A stretch of DNA of 64,000 nucleotides, taken from the NCBI RefSeq assembly GCF_018350175.1, contig NC_058383.1, forward strand, positions 20,152,001 to 20,216,000, given 5' to 3'. Below the pieces are notes generated by a model. That model saw only the letters and a list, made by a program, of their open reading frames with translations. It had not been told where the DNA came from and did no database searches. The DNA is from Felis catus (lineage: Eukaryota). Positions 23,161 to 35,170 of the stretch are shown in pieces. A program made the translations under genes and the position numbers. How positions within the stretch are numbered: position 1 is the first letter of the stretch; the number at the start of each line of letters is the position of its first letter.

Positions 23161-25289
23161 AACCATGCAGTGCCACTTGAATCAAATCAATGTGTTAGAT
23201 TACAGACCTCTGAACTGTACAAAGAATGCAGGATAGGGAAACATACAAAGCAGCCCCACAAGGAAGCAATGAGCCCAAATCGGAAAGAGCATCTTCTGTG
23301 GGGCACCTGATGCAGTCTCGTACGAAGGCATGAAAATGAGGGGGCAAGTCACTTGACCTCTTGGAACCCCAGATTTCTTATCTACGGATTGGGAAGAGTA
23401 ATCCTTCTCTCAGTGGTCTCAAGCTCATTAGGAGGATTAAATGCCATAACATATAGAAACTGTCAGAAACATAGCAGGGGGCTTAGTCCGTGTCTCTTCT
23501 GCGTCTGCCCTGGAGCCTTCTTGAGTCGGGAATGTTTCGGATACCAGAAATTCACATTCCGTTTTGGATACTATCATAGGTTTAAAAATAGGTTTCTTTC
23601 CTGATTACAAAACAATGTTCACTCATTGTAGACGACCAAAGAGGTTATGGAAGCGTATAAAAATAAAGTAAAAATCTTCCCCCAAACCGCCCATTAAAAG
23701 ATTTCAACTGTGTGTATCGTGCTTTGCTTCTATTCTCTGCCTCTGTCTCTGCCTCCCTCTCTTTCTGTGTGTGTATCTAAAAATACCTGGGGTCACCTTA
23801 CATACAGATTTTTCTATTTGACTGTTTTCAATACATTATAAAAGCTTTTCTCCTGCGGGTTCTCCCCCCACCCCCACCCTATTTAACGATACAAGCGTAT
23901 CAGACTTGGGAGTGAAGATCAGCGCGGGGATGAGAATCCACAGCTCTACGATGCTTTTAGGTATTTGGCCCCGGGAAAATCTAAATCTTCTCTCATAGGG
24001 TTCGTGTGGGATTTAAATGGCGTAAGGCCGCTGGAACTCAGCACAGTCCTTGAAACATAGCAAGTGCTTACGGGACGATGGGGGACCGGCTAACATCGAG
24101 TAGACCCTTGTCAGTCAGCCTGGGTCATGCTGCTATGACAACGGCCCTCGGCGACCCCAGCACAACAGGAGTCTGCTCCTGGCTCTGGATGGAAATCACG
24201 CTCTTGGACACCTGTCTGCACAAAGTGGTTTGGAGCTCCGGGTTGCTTCCAGCCTGTGGCATTTCCATCGCACACGCGTTTTCACAATCGCCAAGGCAGG
24301 GAGGACAGCCTGAGAGATTTCCCACGCGCAATTAAATGCTCTGATCCAGAAGAAATATGCATGCACTCTGCTCACGCCCAATTGGCCAGAACGAATTGCA
24401 TGACCCACCCTTTTAGGGGCGTGTGAGTGGAGGCATGTAATCCTCGCCTGGGCCCAGGAGAGGAAGGGACCCAAATGCAGGTGAGCAAAGGGAGGGTCTG
24501 CCACGGAATTATCGTTTTATCGCAAGATTGCTCTCGTGGAAATTGGTGCACTTGGATCCAAGGTCCACCCCAGCATGTTTGTAGGTGAGGACACCCCAGC
24601 CCTGACCTGTGCAAAGGGAAGAAAAGGCAGCTGGCCTCAGATGCACCGAGGTCTCGTAGGTCAGTCTGAAGCCGAGGTTCCCCATCAGTATTTCGGTGCC
24701 GGTTCCCTCTCTGTGGCTGAGGGTCACGGCCCTGTGGCTCCGTGCTGTGAACGGTGCAGTTAAGCCAAAGGCTCAGCTGGGCACAGTGCCGCATTTCATC
24801 GGTGCCCTGTCGTCACCCTGACCTACAAATCGTCCGAAGAGCCGTCGGTCTCGGGAGAGAGGGTATCGGGTCCCGCTCTGGCATTTACCACCACGCACAT
24901 CGCAGGGTGGCGAATACAAAGAAGATGTGAACCCTGGTGAGCTAGAGGCTGGGTGAGCACTAAGGGGTTGCTGCGGAATTATTAGATCTCCCGGAGGAGC
25001 CACAGGAAGTTCCACTCCTTGCTTTTCATTCCTCTTTCCTTCTTCCCAGATTATATCCGCCTCTCCTTTTCCCAGATGTGGGCAATGGGTACAAGGAGAG
25101 AAGGTTTTAAGGGTCAGAACATACGGGTGTGGTTTATGGCTTTGCTCCCTACCAGCTGTGTGTCTTGGGGCAAGTTGCTTCCCATCTCTGGGCCTTCATC
25201 TTCTCGTTTATGTAGGGAACAAGGTCCCTACATCCCATGATTCCGTGGCTCCTTATATGAGCCAGGCTCCGACCTGGATGCCGGAAACC

Positions 25290-25680
25290 ATCTACATCAG
25301 TCGGGAGGATTGTGGGTTTAGGCAACAGAAACATCCACCGAAAGTAGCTTAAACAGCACGGAAATGTGTTGTCCCCAAACGTGCCGTAGAGGCTCCTGGG
25401 TACAGCGGGTCTTCGGATTGGCGACTTACGGCTCAACCATCTTCAAAGACCCAACGTCGCTCACCCCATCTCTATGCGCTCCTGGACGCTGGCTTCCTCC
25501 TCCAGCTGTAGGAAGATACACCCAGACATGAAAGCATCCAGGCCAAGAAGAGGGAGCGTGTCTCCCAAGGGGGACGATCCCGGGAGACTTTCCTGAAAGC
25601 TACCGAACGGACCGCCCCCCTTGGGGAGAGGTAGGTCACGTGCCAGCCCCCAACAGGGCGGCCACCGTCAAGGGGGAGGA
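25290..25680 (-). mobile_element. old MaLR LTR fragment (MLT1K-like)
   Basis: TCAGTCGGGAGG...GCAACAGAAACATCCACCGAAAGTAGCTTAAACA resembles the reverse end of old MLT1 LTRs. Confidence 0.5.
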
Positions 25681-26303
25681 CGGCCTTAGCGCCAACAGGT
25701 CTGTCCCCACGGAGTGTGAGTGAGGGGAGCTCGCCCGGGGCATGCGGTAGACCCCGGGGGCACCCGAAAGAAAATCAGGCTTCTGTCTGAAAAAGAGGAT
25801 GTGACTTCTCACATCTTCTCACAGACTTTCTCATTTTGCCCATTTCAAAGCAACAGTTCACGTACATTGAACGTTTCTGTGTGTCCGCTCTGTGTCGCCA
25901 GCTTTACAAGCAATTTCTTTCCCAGTCTTTACAATAGCCCAGGGGAGCAGAAGACAATGCCATGTCCATTCTGCAGATCAGGACAACGAGGTTCCAGGAA
26001 GGTGCCTCGCGCAAGGTCACGAATCGTCCGATCCCACATTCACGTCTGTGTCTGGGGGGTTCCAAAGCCTGAGCTTTGAGCGTCTGTGCTTTACTGTTTC
26101 GGGTGAGAGAAAGGAAGAGTCCCGAGCATCCATGAAACACCGGCTGTGCCTCACAGACACGGGCGTTTGCTGTCTCCATCAGTCCCCAAAGCAAGCCAGC
26201 TAGGACTCATCATTATTCCTGTTTTATATTTTGTGCGGTGACGTCTCAGGGAGGGCGGTTCACTAACCAAGAATTTCAGAACCGGTAAGAGGCACAGAGG
26301 CCA

Positions 26304-26533
26304 GGGGCACCTGGGTGGCGCAGTCGGTTAAGCGTCCGACTTCAGCCAGGTCACGATCTCGCGGTCCGTGAGTTCGAGCCCCGCGTCGGGCTCTGGGCTG
26401 ATGGCTCGGAGCCTGGAGCCTGTTTCCGATTCTGTGTCTCCCTCTCTCTCTGCCCCTCCCCCGTTCATGCTCTGTCTCTCTCTGTCCCAAAGAATAAATA
26501 AAAAACGTTGAAAAAAATTAAAAAAAAAAAAAA
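26304..26533 (+). mobile_element. young SINEC_Fc
   Basis: Near-consensus; perfect 17-bp TSD AAGAGGCACAGAGGCCA (26287-26303 / 26534-26550). Confidence 0.97.
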
Positions 26534-27270
26534 AAGAGGCACAGAGGCCAATCTCCTTGACATCACCGTTTCAAAAACGAATGCTTTCATCCATCAGGAA
26601 CTGGATGCCTGATGGAGCGTCCTAAACAGCAGGGGATTTTATTTTCTGGTGTAACCAGAAGAGAAGTGGGCCACCCCAGCAGTGGGTCAACAGCTGTTGA
26701 CAGGGAGGTTGCAGACCCTAGCTCTTCCCAAGCCTGGGCTTCCCCATCGACCGTGTGTTGACTTTGTCTTCTCGGACCCTCCAGGCTCCCGGTCTCCAAG
26801 CAGACTCTCTCTCAAGCAGGAAGGGGCGGGGTAGGTCAGTGCATGAAGCCCCCCTGGCACACTTGTCCGTTTTCATAAGGGAGATAATGTTCCCCGACGT
26901 CCCTTACACCCAGCTGGTCTTCCCTTACACCCCGCTGGCCGCAACTTTTCACAATCCTAGCTGCAAGAGAGTCCGAGAAAACACGTGTCCGCGTCTTCAA
27001 TTTCTGCTGCTGAAGGTGGGTTCAGGCAGCTTAGAAGAGGGCCAAGGAACGGCCCTCGGGAACACGACCAGCAAATCTGATCGCACCCTCTGAGGGTGTT
27101 CCGAGTGGGGACCTCGATCTCAAATTCCTTGCATCCTTGCAGCCTAACGAGGCCCTAAGTGCTCGGTAACTGCTTTTAAGAATGACTGGATGACTTCGAA
27201 GGTCTGAGACCACCTGGGGGATGTCGGAGAAGGGGGTGTTGATGGATGGATGGAACTGTGGGCCAATGGT

Positions 27271-27643
27271 TGTCTTGGTGTGTTCCAGATTTGTAACAAC
27301 ATACCATAGTCTGGCGGCTTAGAAACAACAGAAAATTACTTCTCTAGGTTCTGGAGGTTGGAAGTCCAAGATCGGGGTTCCAGTGGGGTCGGGTTGTGGG
27401 GCTGCAGACTGACAACCGGTTTCTCATTGTGTCTTCACGTGGCGGGGAGGGAGGGAGGAAATGAACTGTCCAGTGACTCTTACAAGACACCAGTCCCATC
27501 ATGGGGCCCCACCCTCATGGCCTCATTTAGCCCTGAGGACCATCCAAAGGCCTCACGTCCTGGTACCATCGCACTGGGGAGGCATAGGGTTTCAAAATAG
27601 GAATTTGGGAGTGGAGGGAGACACAAATATTCAGCCCATAACA
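27271..27643 (-). mobile_element. MLT1A-like solo LTR
   Basis: TGTCTTGGT...TTCTGGAGGTTGGAAGTCCAAGATC...ACAAATATTCAGCCCATAACA is the reverse complement of the MLT1A-type LTRs seen at 13022 and 15320. Confidence 0.8.
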
Positions 27644-28232
27644 GTGGCCCTTTTCCTTACACCCCACTTTCTGCTTTTCATTCTAAGTGTTAATGTTTGC
27701 CAGTGAGTTGCCCAGCAAGAAAATGCCAGTGACGGGAGAGGCAGGGGAGTCTCCACGTGCCCGTCTGTGAAATGGGTGAGGAGACCAGGTTTGTCTTCTA
27801 CAAAGCTTCCAGGTCTCGGCCTTGGTCCTGGAGTGAGGGACACTCAAAAAAAAGGTGACTAGGATCCAACATGCCGAGGGCTCCCAACCTTGGAGCCCGT
27901 CCACGGAGACGCCAGGGAGGATGAAAAGGGGGGCTATCTGGGTCTGCTGGAGAGCGGAGTCAGTTTTGCCTGGGAGGAGTCTGGACTGGCGATTAGACTG
28001 GCTAAGCAGAGAGCTGAAGGTGAGTCACACGGACACAAGTAGCCCGTGACCTCCAACCCTGGTCCAGGCCCAGCCTCACACGCTTGGCCTAAAGGCAGGC
28101 TGTCCCTTAAGGAGTAGTCAGCGGTGTGGACCCCAGACCAACAGTTCTTAGTCATGGTTGCACGTTGGAAGTTGGAATCACTGGCCTGGGTAGGACGGTG
28201 GCCGCGAGGAACTTTAAAAATCATTCTCGCCT

Positions 28233-28454
28233 GGGGCGCCTGGGTGGCTCAGTCGGTTAAGCGTCCGACTTCACCCGGGTCACGATCTCACGGTCCGTGA
28301 GTTCGAGCCCCGCATCAGGCTCTGGGCTGACGGCTCAGAGCCTGGAGCCTGCTTCCGATTCTGTGTCTCCCTCTTTCCCTGCCCTTCCCCCGTTCATGCT
28401 CTGTCTCTCTCTGTCTCAAAAATAAATAAACGTTAAAAAAAAATTTTTTTTTAA
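28233..28454 (+). mobile_element. SINEC_Fc
   Basis: TSD AAAAATCATTCT(C/T)GCCT at 28216-28232 / 28455-28471. Confidence 0.96.
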
Positions 28455-28546
28455 AAAAATCATTCTTGCCTGGACCCCACTCCCAGAGACGGATCTGGGT
28501 TGCAGCCTGCCATGGGGTTGTTGTTGTCGTTTTTCCCCTACTTTCA

Positions 28547-28730
28547 TTTTTTTTTTAATTTTTTAGAGAGGCAGGAGAGGGGCAGAGAGGGAGGGAGAGA
28601 AAGAATCCCAACCAGCCTCCATGCTCAGCACGGAGCCCAACGAAGAGCTCGATCCCACGACTGCCAGATCACGACCTGAGCCGCAATCAAGAGTCAAGAC
28701 GCTCAACTGACTGAGCCACCCAAGTGCCCC
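28547..28730 (-). mobile_element. Can-SINE (older subtype)
   Basis: Reverse SINE ending CTGAGCCACCCAAGTGCCCC. Confidence 0.9.
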
Positions 28731-29484
28731 TGGCATAGAGATTTTTAAGAGTTTCCCCAGTAATGGCAGGATTCTGAAGGTGGCTGGGATAATCCGCATG
28801 GGGCACTTGACTGAGTGGTACACGCTCAGTCGAATTTGACCAAGATGTCACCCCGTTCCTGTTCTGCCAACACTTACCGAGGAGCCTGGACCCTGCCACC
28901 TGGATTGACCCCTTTGGCTCAGGCAACCATCCTGGGGCCTCTGCTGTCCTGATCCTCCTGGCTTCCTCTCCCTCCACTGGGAGCATCACGTACGCGGGCA
29001 CTAGAGCTGGGCCAGCGATGACAGCCCGTGATGGGCTCCAGCCAAGGCCATCTGTATCCTCAGTGTGGACCGGGACCAGAACACGGCCTCTGGTTACGCT
29101 GCACGGAGCTACGGTGGCCAGGAACGGGGAGGGGGCCGTGCCACCAGCACCGCTCTGCTCCCGGCTGGCTAGACTGCTCCTGCATTGTGGCATTTGGTTC
29201 TGAGCGTCACGCTCCATCAAAACAGCTGTTGAGCAGCCAGAGGGACGCTGACGGTGGAAGGGGGAATGGAGGAAGGGCCCTGGGAAGAGAAGATCGATGG
29301 CTTTTCATTACGAGGCAGAGTTTTCAATTTTTCATTCGTTATGATCAAGGGTGTCCAAGAAGGGCACGGACAGAGCTACGAGAGAGTGGATTGTCCGTAG
29401 CTAGAGGTGCACGAGTTGAAGTAGGCTGTTGGGCCATCACGGTATTAAACAGACTGGCTGCAGAGCACTGAGTAAGCGCTGTCT

Positions 29485-29900
29485 CTGTCTGGGCTGCCCC
29501 CCCCCCCCCCGCCCCCCAGCGGATCCTGAGGCAAGGATTTGGATAGGGATTTGGACGTACCTAGTTCGTCGGCTTGTGATTCCAGGGGACCCGGTGAGAG
29601 TAGGGAAGTGCAGAAGGAAAGGGAAGGAAGCCCGTGAAGAGTGCATCAGTGAACCAACTACCACGGCGGGCAAGCGGGGCTCTGTGCTGCTGGGGACCGT
29701 CTGAGAGAATGACAGGACTGTCCCCTTGCCGTCCCAGGAACCTGGGCTTTCTGCTACCCACTGTCCCTGTTTGTCTGGTTGGGGGCGTGCTCCAGGGTCA
29801 CTAACACTCAGGCACTACCAGCCTGCCCCCCCCCCCCCCAAGGTGTGGCCTGAGCCTCTTGACCTGGCCGGAGGGAGACTGTCCTCAGATGGAGAGACAG
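29485..29900 (-). mobile_element. LTR33-like ERVL LTR relic
   Basis: GATCCTGAGGCAAGGATTTG...GGAAAGGGAAGGAAGCC pattern; similar to 44990-45400. Confidence 0.5.
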
Positions 29901-30995
29901 GTGCGCCCCCTGCAGCTTGCGGGGTGTAAAAACACACGCATCAGGCACGGAAGCCGAATCGAACTCCTCTGGGTCGGATTCTGCCTGTTGGGCGCATTAC
30001 TCAGGATATTCCATGTTTTCAAGGCAAGAGATTTAAAAGGCAATCTCTGATTCTCACGCCCCGCCCCCCAGCTCCATAGTTTCTCACCCTCCAGGTCAGG
30101 AGTGTTCAGGCGGCCTCAGGGGATGCCTAGCGACGCTTCTCTGCCCCTGGTGTTTTCGGGGCCCCCCCTGCCACTTGGGGCTGTGGAGCTGGCTTTTTCC
30201 AAAGGGCGTTGCTATAATATTTGTGCATCAGTTTTTAGTTTATAGAGCGCCTTACAGGGCTGGGAAATATCAGGGCCCTTGACATCTCCATGTCAACCAG
30301 GCCAGAAAAGAATGCAAGCCCATTTCACAGATGAACCAACAGAGGCCTGGGATGGGGGGGGGGAGAGAGAGTTTGCTAAGCTAGTCGTTGAGCCCAAGTA
30401 GCCTGCTTTCTCGTCGGCCAAGCCTCAACCCCAGCGTTGGGGAGGGACCCTGTGCACCCCAGCTGGACCCCACGGACACCTGTCAGTGGAAGTGCCCCGG
30501 GGGACGTGGGGAAGCCCCAGCGGAAGCCGGGGAGCCCCACGGAGGCTGGGGAGAGGCATGGTTGTCACAGTGAATCATGTTTTCCGCTTGAAATCAGAGC
30601 TGAGGAGCGGTGAGGGGACAACCACGTACGAAGGAGGCGAGCAGGTGCGAAATTACAAGGCTCTTATTTAATTATGTAAAATCCCATAAGCCCTCAGGGA
30701 GTACCGGGGACATGAGGTGGTGATTTCCTCTCCCTCATAATTTTGGAGTCAGTTTCTTAAATGACAGAGAGAATAATGAGGCAGGGGAAGACGGCGAGAC
30801 TTACGCGGTCAAAGAACTAAGGATGTGCCAAGGCTCCTACTTCTCTTCCGTGGCTGTGCCAGGCTGCAGTATAGGTTCGGCGTCAAAAGGGGCACACGCA
30901 CAGCAGCACGGGGAAAGGGACAGCCTCTGCTGTCCTTTCATTTTGCAATCGAGGGAGAGAGGCGGAGAGCAAGGGGACGTACTGCGGCTGCTGTG

Positions 30996-33403
30996 TGTCG
31001 GGGGCTGGACTGAGTCCCAGCCTCCCCGAGCCCATCTGTTGGAGCCCTAATCCCCAGGGCCTCCGAACGTGACCGTATTTGCAAACAGCACCCTTGCGGA
31101 GGTGATGAAATGAGAATGAGGCGCTAAGCCCATCTGACGGGATGCCCTCACAGGAAGAGGGGGTTCGGTCACAGAGACACCAGGGGTGCGCGCACACAGG
31201 AGAAAGACCACGAGGGGACCCGGGGAGAGGCCGGCCGCCTGCAAGCCCCGGGGAGAGGTCTCCGAAAGAACGAAGTCTGTCAGCACCTTGAGCTTGGGCT
31301 CCGTCCGGCCTCCACGACCGTGAGAAAATAAACCTGGTGAAGCCACCCAGGCTGCGGCATTTTGTTCCGGAAGCCTCCGCAAAGTAATACAGATACCTGA
31401 GCATGAAGAAGTGGTTTGGGGCTGGAGATCAGGTGCAGGCGGGAAGTTTTGAGACACGTGTTAGAAAAAGTGCACCTTGCCTCCAAGGACAGCCCGTTCG
31501 TTGGCAGGAATATGGGAACGTGCTTCCGGTGAGGTCCCGGACGGGAAAGCGGAGAAGTCACCGGACACAGGAGGAAAGGCGATCCTTTTCACGAAGTGGC
31601 AGAGAACTGGACCGAATTGTGTTCTAGCATCTTGGGGAAGTCAGAACCTGTGAATGAAGAGCTCAGGCGTGGGGCAGAGGGCATTTGCAAGCACGGCGTC
31701 AGTGTCACCCGTTTCTCCTACTGCTTAGGGTACAATAGGAGAAGGGAGGGAGAAACTGAGGAAGGAATTCGCAAACAAAAAAGGAACCAGGGCTTGAAGA
31801 TTCAGAAGGTACTCAGCATGTCCACATCGTGGAAGAAGCGAGAGTCCATTCTGGCGAGAACACCAAGGACGTGACTGGACACGTGTGACCCTTGTGCCCA
31901 GCCAGCCGTCTGAGCGGAATCCCTGCCAGCGTGGACTGGAGGGGACAGAGATGGGACAACATGAAGGAAGGTCGTCAGACTCCTGGGATCCTACGTGATG
32001 GACCTCTTGGCTTACCCAGATGTGAACCCGTGTTATCTTGCAACAAAAAGGGAAGAAGGACCCCAAGGCAGGGCTGTCTCCTCCTCCATCCCCAGGGGCA
32101 GGGACACCTCCTTGGTTTCAGTGGGCCAAGCTGTCACCATCCAGGGCTTCTCTAGTACGGCTGCAAACCCTATGGGTCTAGGCACCGTTGGTGCCCATGG
32201 AGTCTCACCCACACTGGATTGAAACAATATTTACACGAGGCTTGAAACTCTGACCTGACGCCAGCATGCGTTAAAACTTGCGGTCTGTCGGCATGGGGGT
32301 GAATGCGTTCTGCGTGTGAGGAAGACAAGAATTTGGGAGGGGTGGGGGAGGGTGGAGTGCTACGGGCTGAACTGCGTCCCTCCACCAAACGCACGTGTTG
32401 AAACTCTAACCACCAAGACCTCAGGATGTGGATGTGTTCGGAGGGGGAGCTTCCAAGAGGTGATTCAGCGGAAAGGAGGCCAGTCAGGTGGGCATTAATC
32501 CAGTCTGACCAGTGTCCCGGAGAAGAGAGGAAATGTAGACACGCGAGGAATTTGGACACACATGCACACAGAGGAAAGACCGTGTGAGGACACAAAATGC
32601 AACCATCTACAAGCCAAGGAGAGAGACTCCGGAAGAAACAATTGGCACCTTAATCTTGGACCAAAGCCTCCAGGACCGTGAGAAATACATTCCTGCTTTC
32701 CATGATTTGGCTGCTGTTGAAGGTGCTGCTATGAACATCGGGGTCCGTGTGCCCCTGTGCATCAGCACTCCTGTATCCTTTGGATAAATTCCTAGCAGTG
32801 CTATTCCTGGGTCGTAGAGTAGTTCTATTTTTAATTTTTTGAGGAACCTCCACACTGTTTTCCAGGGTGGCTGCACCAGTTTGCATTCCCACCAACAGAG
32901 CAAGACGGTTCCCTTTTTCTCCACATCCTTGCCAGAACTTGTTGTTCCCACCTGATGAATGGATGAAGAAGATGTGGTTTATACAATGGAATACTCCTTG
33001 GCAATGAGAAAGGATGAAATCCTGCCATTTGCAGCAACGTGGATGGAACTGGAGGGTATTGTGCTGAGTGAAACAAGTCAGGCAGAGAAAGACAGGTACC
33101 ATATGTTTTCACTCGTATGTGGAACTTGAGAAACTTGACAGAAGACCATGGGGGACAGGAAGGGGAAAAAATAGTTTCAAACAGAGAGGGAGGGAGGCAA
33201 ACCCATAAAAAGCTCTTAAATACGGAGAACAAACCGAGGGTTGATGGGGGGTGTGGGGGAGGGGGGGAAGTGGGTGACGGGCATTGAGGAAGGCACCTGT
33301 TGGGATGAGCCCTGGGTGTCGTATGGCAATGATGAGTCATGGGAAGCTACCCTCGAAACCAACCAAAAGCTGTATTCACTATATGTTAGCTAACTTGACA
33401 ATA

Positions 33404-33441
<38 letters not shown>

Positions 33442-33508
33442 AAATGCACTCCTGCTGTTGAAGGCATCCAGTGGTATTTTGATATAGTAGCCTTCACACA
33501 TTAGCAAG
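30996..33508 (+). mobile_element. MaLR provirus (MLT1B-like LTR - internal - LTR); 3' LTR interrupted by L1
   Basis: 5' LTR about 30996-31391 (ends GCAAAGTAATACA); internal region homologous to 13384-15319; 3' LTR 32358-32697 resuming at 33457. Confidence 0.85.
32698..33439 (+). mobile_element. 5'-inverted, truncated feline L1
   Basis: 32698 to about 32945 is the L1 ORF2 end in antisense ([41 protein letters not shown]); about 32946-33439 is the sense ORF2 end, 3' UTR and (TA)n tail; TSD AGAAATACATTCCTGCT (32681-32697) / AGAAATGCACTCCTGCT (33440-33456). Confidence 0.92.
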
Positions 33509-33554
33509 AGAGGACTAGATTTGGAGGTGGGCTCGCATCTCACTTCTGCCTTTA

Positions 33555-34383
33555 CCGGTGGTGTTATTCACGGTAGTTAGGTTTTACAAAGTCGCTGGAA
33601 ATACTGGATCAGCCATCACTGAGTAAACTGTTGGCTCCTGTGAGCATCAGGAGGTTTTTATCATTCGATCCGTGTAGAACTGTGTTTGGTGCGCATCTCT
33701 ATTTGAATGCAGCCTATTTAATACACAGTAAAACCTTGGTTTGCGAGCATAATTCGTTCCGGAATCATGGCTGTAATCCAAAGCACTCGTGTATCAAAGC
33801 GATTTTCAAGAACCATTGGCTCAGTGGTGATCACGTGACAGTTGGAGACACGTACGGCTCGTATTGCAAGACATCGTTCGTTTATCAAGTTAGAATTTAC
33901 GAGAAATGTTCGCCCGTCTCGCGGAATGCTCGCAAAACAACCGACTCGCAATCCAAAGTTTTCCTGCGTATTGTTGATGCATTAACACTGAACTCAACGG
34001 CCAACAGCACTACAACGCCTGCCTGAACAAAACTGGTCTGATGCATGTTTTTTCTCCACGAGGCACATCAGAACTCAAAATTAGGAACACTAGCCGCCAC
34101 TTTGACCCTAACCTTGGGGGCGAGTTTAAACAGGAATATGGCCAACAAAATCCACAGGGATGTGAACAATGTGGCACTGAGGGACATCGAAAGGACCCTC
34201 GTTCACATCTGGGACATGAGGCAGCTGAGAACATGGGGGTCAGTGACTCCGATGTTTTGCTGCTTTGAAAATGCCTACAGCTGATGGGGAAAGTGAGGCT
34301 GGTGTTGATTGGGGAGTTACAAATAAATCTCCGCAAGCAGGAAGGTTTGCAAATACAGAACCCATGAATAAGGAGGACCCGCT
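33555..34383 (-). mobile_element. MER82-like Tigger DNA transposon relic
   Basis: TTATTCACGGTAGTTAGGTTTTACAAAGTCGC...TTAGGAACACTAG...TTTGCAAATACAGAACCCATGAATAAGGAGGA matches the recalled MER82 consensus; split by a MITE. Confidence 0.7.
33726..33966. mobile_element. TcMar-Tigger-type MITE with terminal inverted repeats
   Basis: Left TIR CAGTAAAACCTTGGTTTGCGAG and right TIR CTCGCAATCCAAAGTTTTCCTG are near reverse complements. Confidence 0.85.
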
Positions 34384-34415
34384 CTCTTTCTCTTGCCAGA
34401 GATGCCCAAGCCACC

Positions 34416-34457
34416 TGGATTAATGTGCTATGGATTAATGGATTAATCTGGATTAAT
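34416..34457. repeat. four copies of TGGATTAAT in 42 bp
   Basis: Copies start at 34416, 34431, 34439 and 34449. Confidence 0.9.
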
Positions 34458-34536
34458 GTCCCTAACTTCGCTCCCTGCTCCCTTTTCTCCCACACTGCTA
34501 AAAGCTTTCCTACGCAGCCGCCAGAGTCAGCCCGTA

Positions 34537-34805
34537 CAAATAAAAAGGGAAGGAAAAATAAGATAAAAACAGAGAGGAAGGCAAACCATAGGAGACTCTT
34601 AAATGCAGAGAACAAACTGAGGGCTGCTGGAGGTGGGGGGGATGGGCTAAATGGGTGACGGACATTAAGGAGGGCACTTGTGGGGATGAGCGTAAGAGAT
34701 GAATGGCTGGCTTCTGCTCCTGAAACTAAGACTGCGCGGCATGTTAACTAACTTGAATTTAAATAAATACATCGAAAAAAATAAAAATGAAAATAAATCA
34801 ATAAA
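34537..34805 (+). mobile_element. carnivore L1 3' UTR fragment
   Basis: GGCAAACCATAGGAGACTCTTAAATGCAGAGAACAAACTGAGGG...ATGTTAACTAACTTGAATTTAAATAAA followed by an A-rich tail. Confidence 0.88.
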
Positions 34806-34809
34806 AAGC

Positions 34810-35170
34810 ACCTACCGTCAAGGCTCCAGTGGCTCTACCTTCCACTGAGATTGAGGTCCAGCTGCCTTCTCGCGCTGGTCGAGGTCCCACGTGATTGGCC
34901 CCTGCCCCCTCTGCCCCCCCCCCCCGCAACTCTCCCACCTGCTGTCTCTGCTCATCCCCGTCTTGCTTCTCCCAGAACAACCAAGCAAGTGCCATCTCCC
35001 CGGACTTTCCTCCCTGCCATGTGCGCGTGGCTCACGGTCCCTTTCATTCAGGCGTCCGGTTCAGGGTCCCCTCCTCAGAGAGGCCCACTTGGTCCACCCT
35101 GCCCGAAATAGCCCCTCCTGTCCCTCTCTGTCCCCTCACCCTGCTTTATTCTCTTCCATTTGAATTTATC
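34810..35170 (+). mobile_element. L2 LINE relic
   Basis: GGCTCCAGTGGCT...TCCTCAGAGAGGCCCACTTGGTCCACCC L2-like pattern. Confidence 0.55.
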
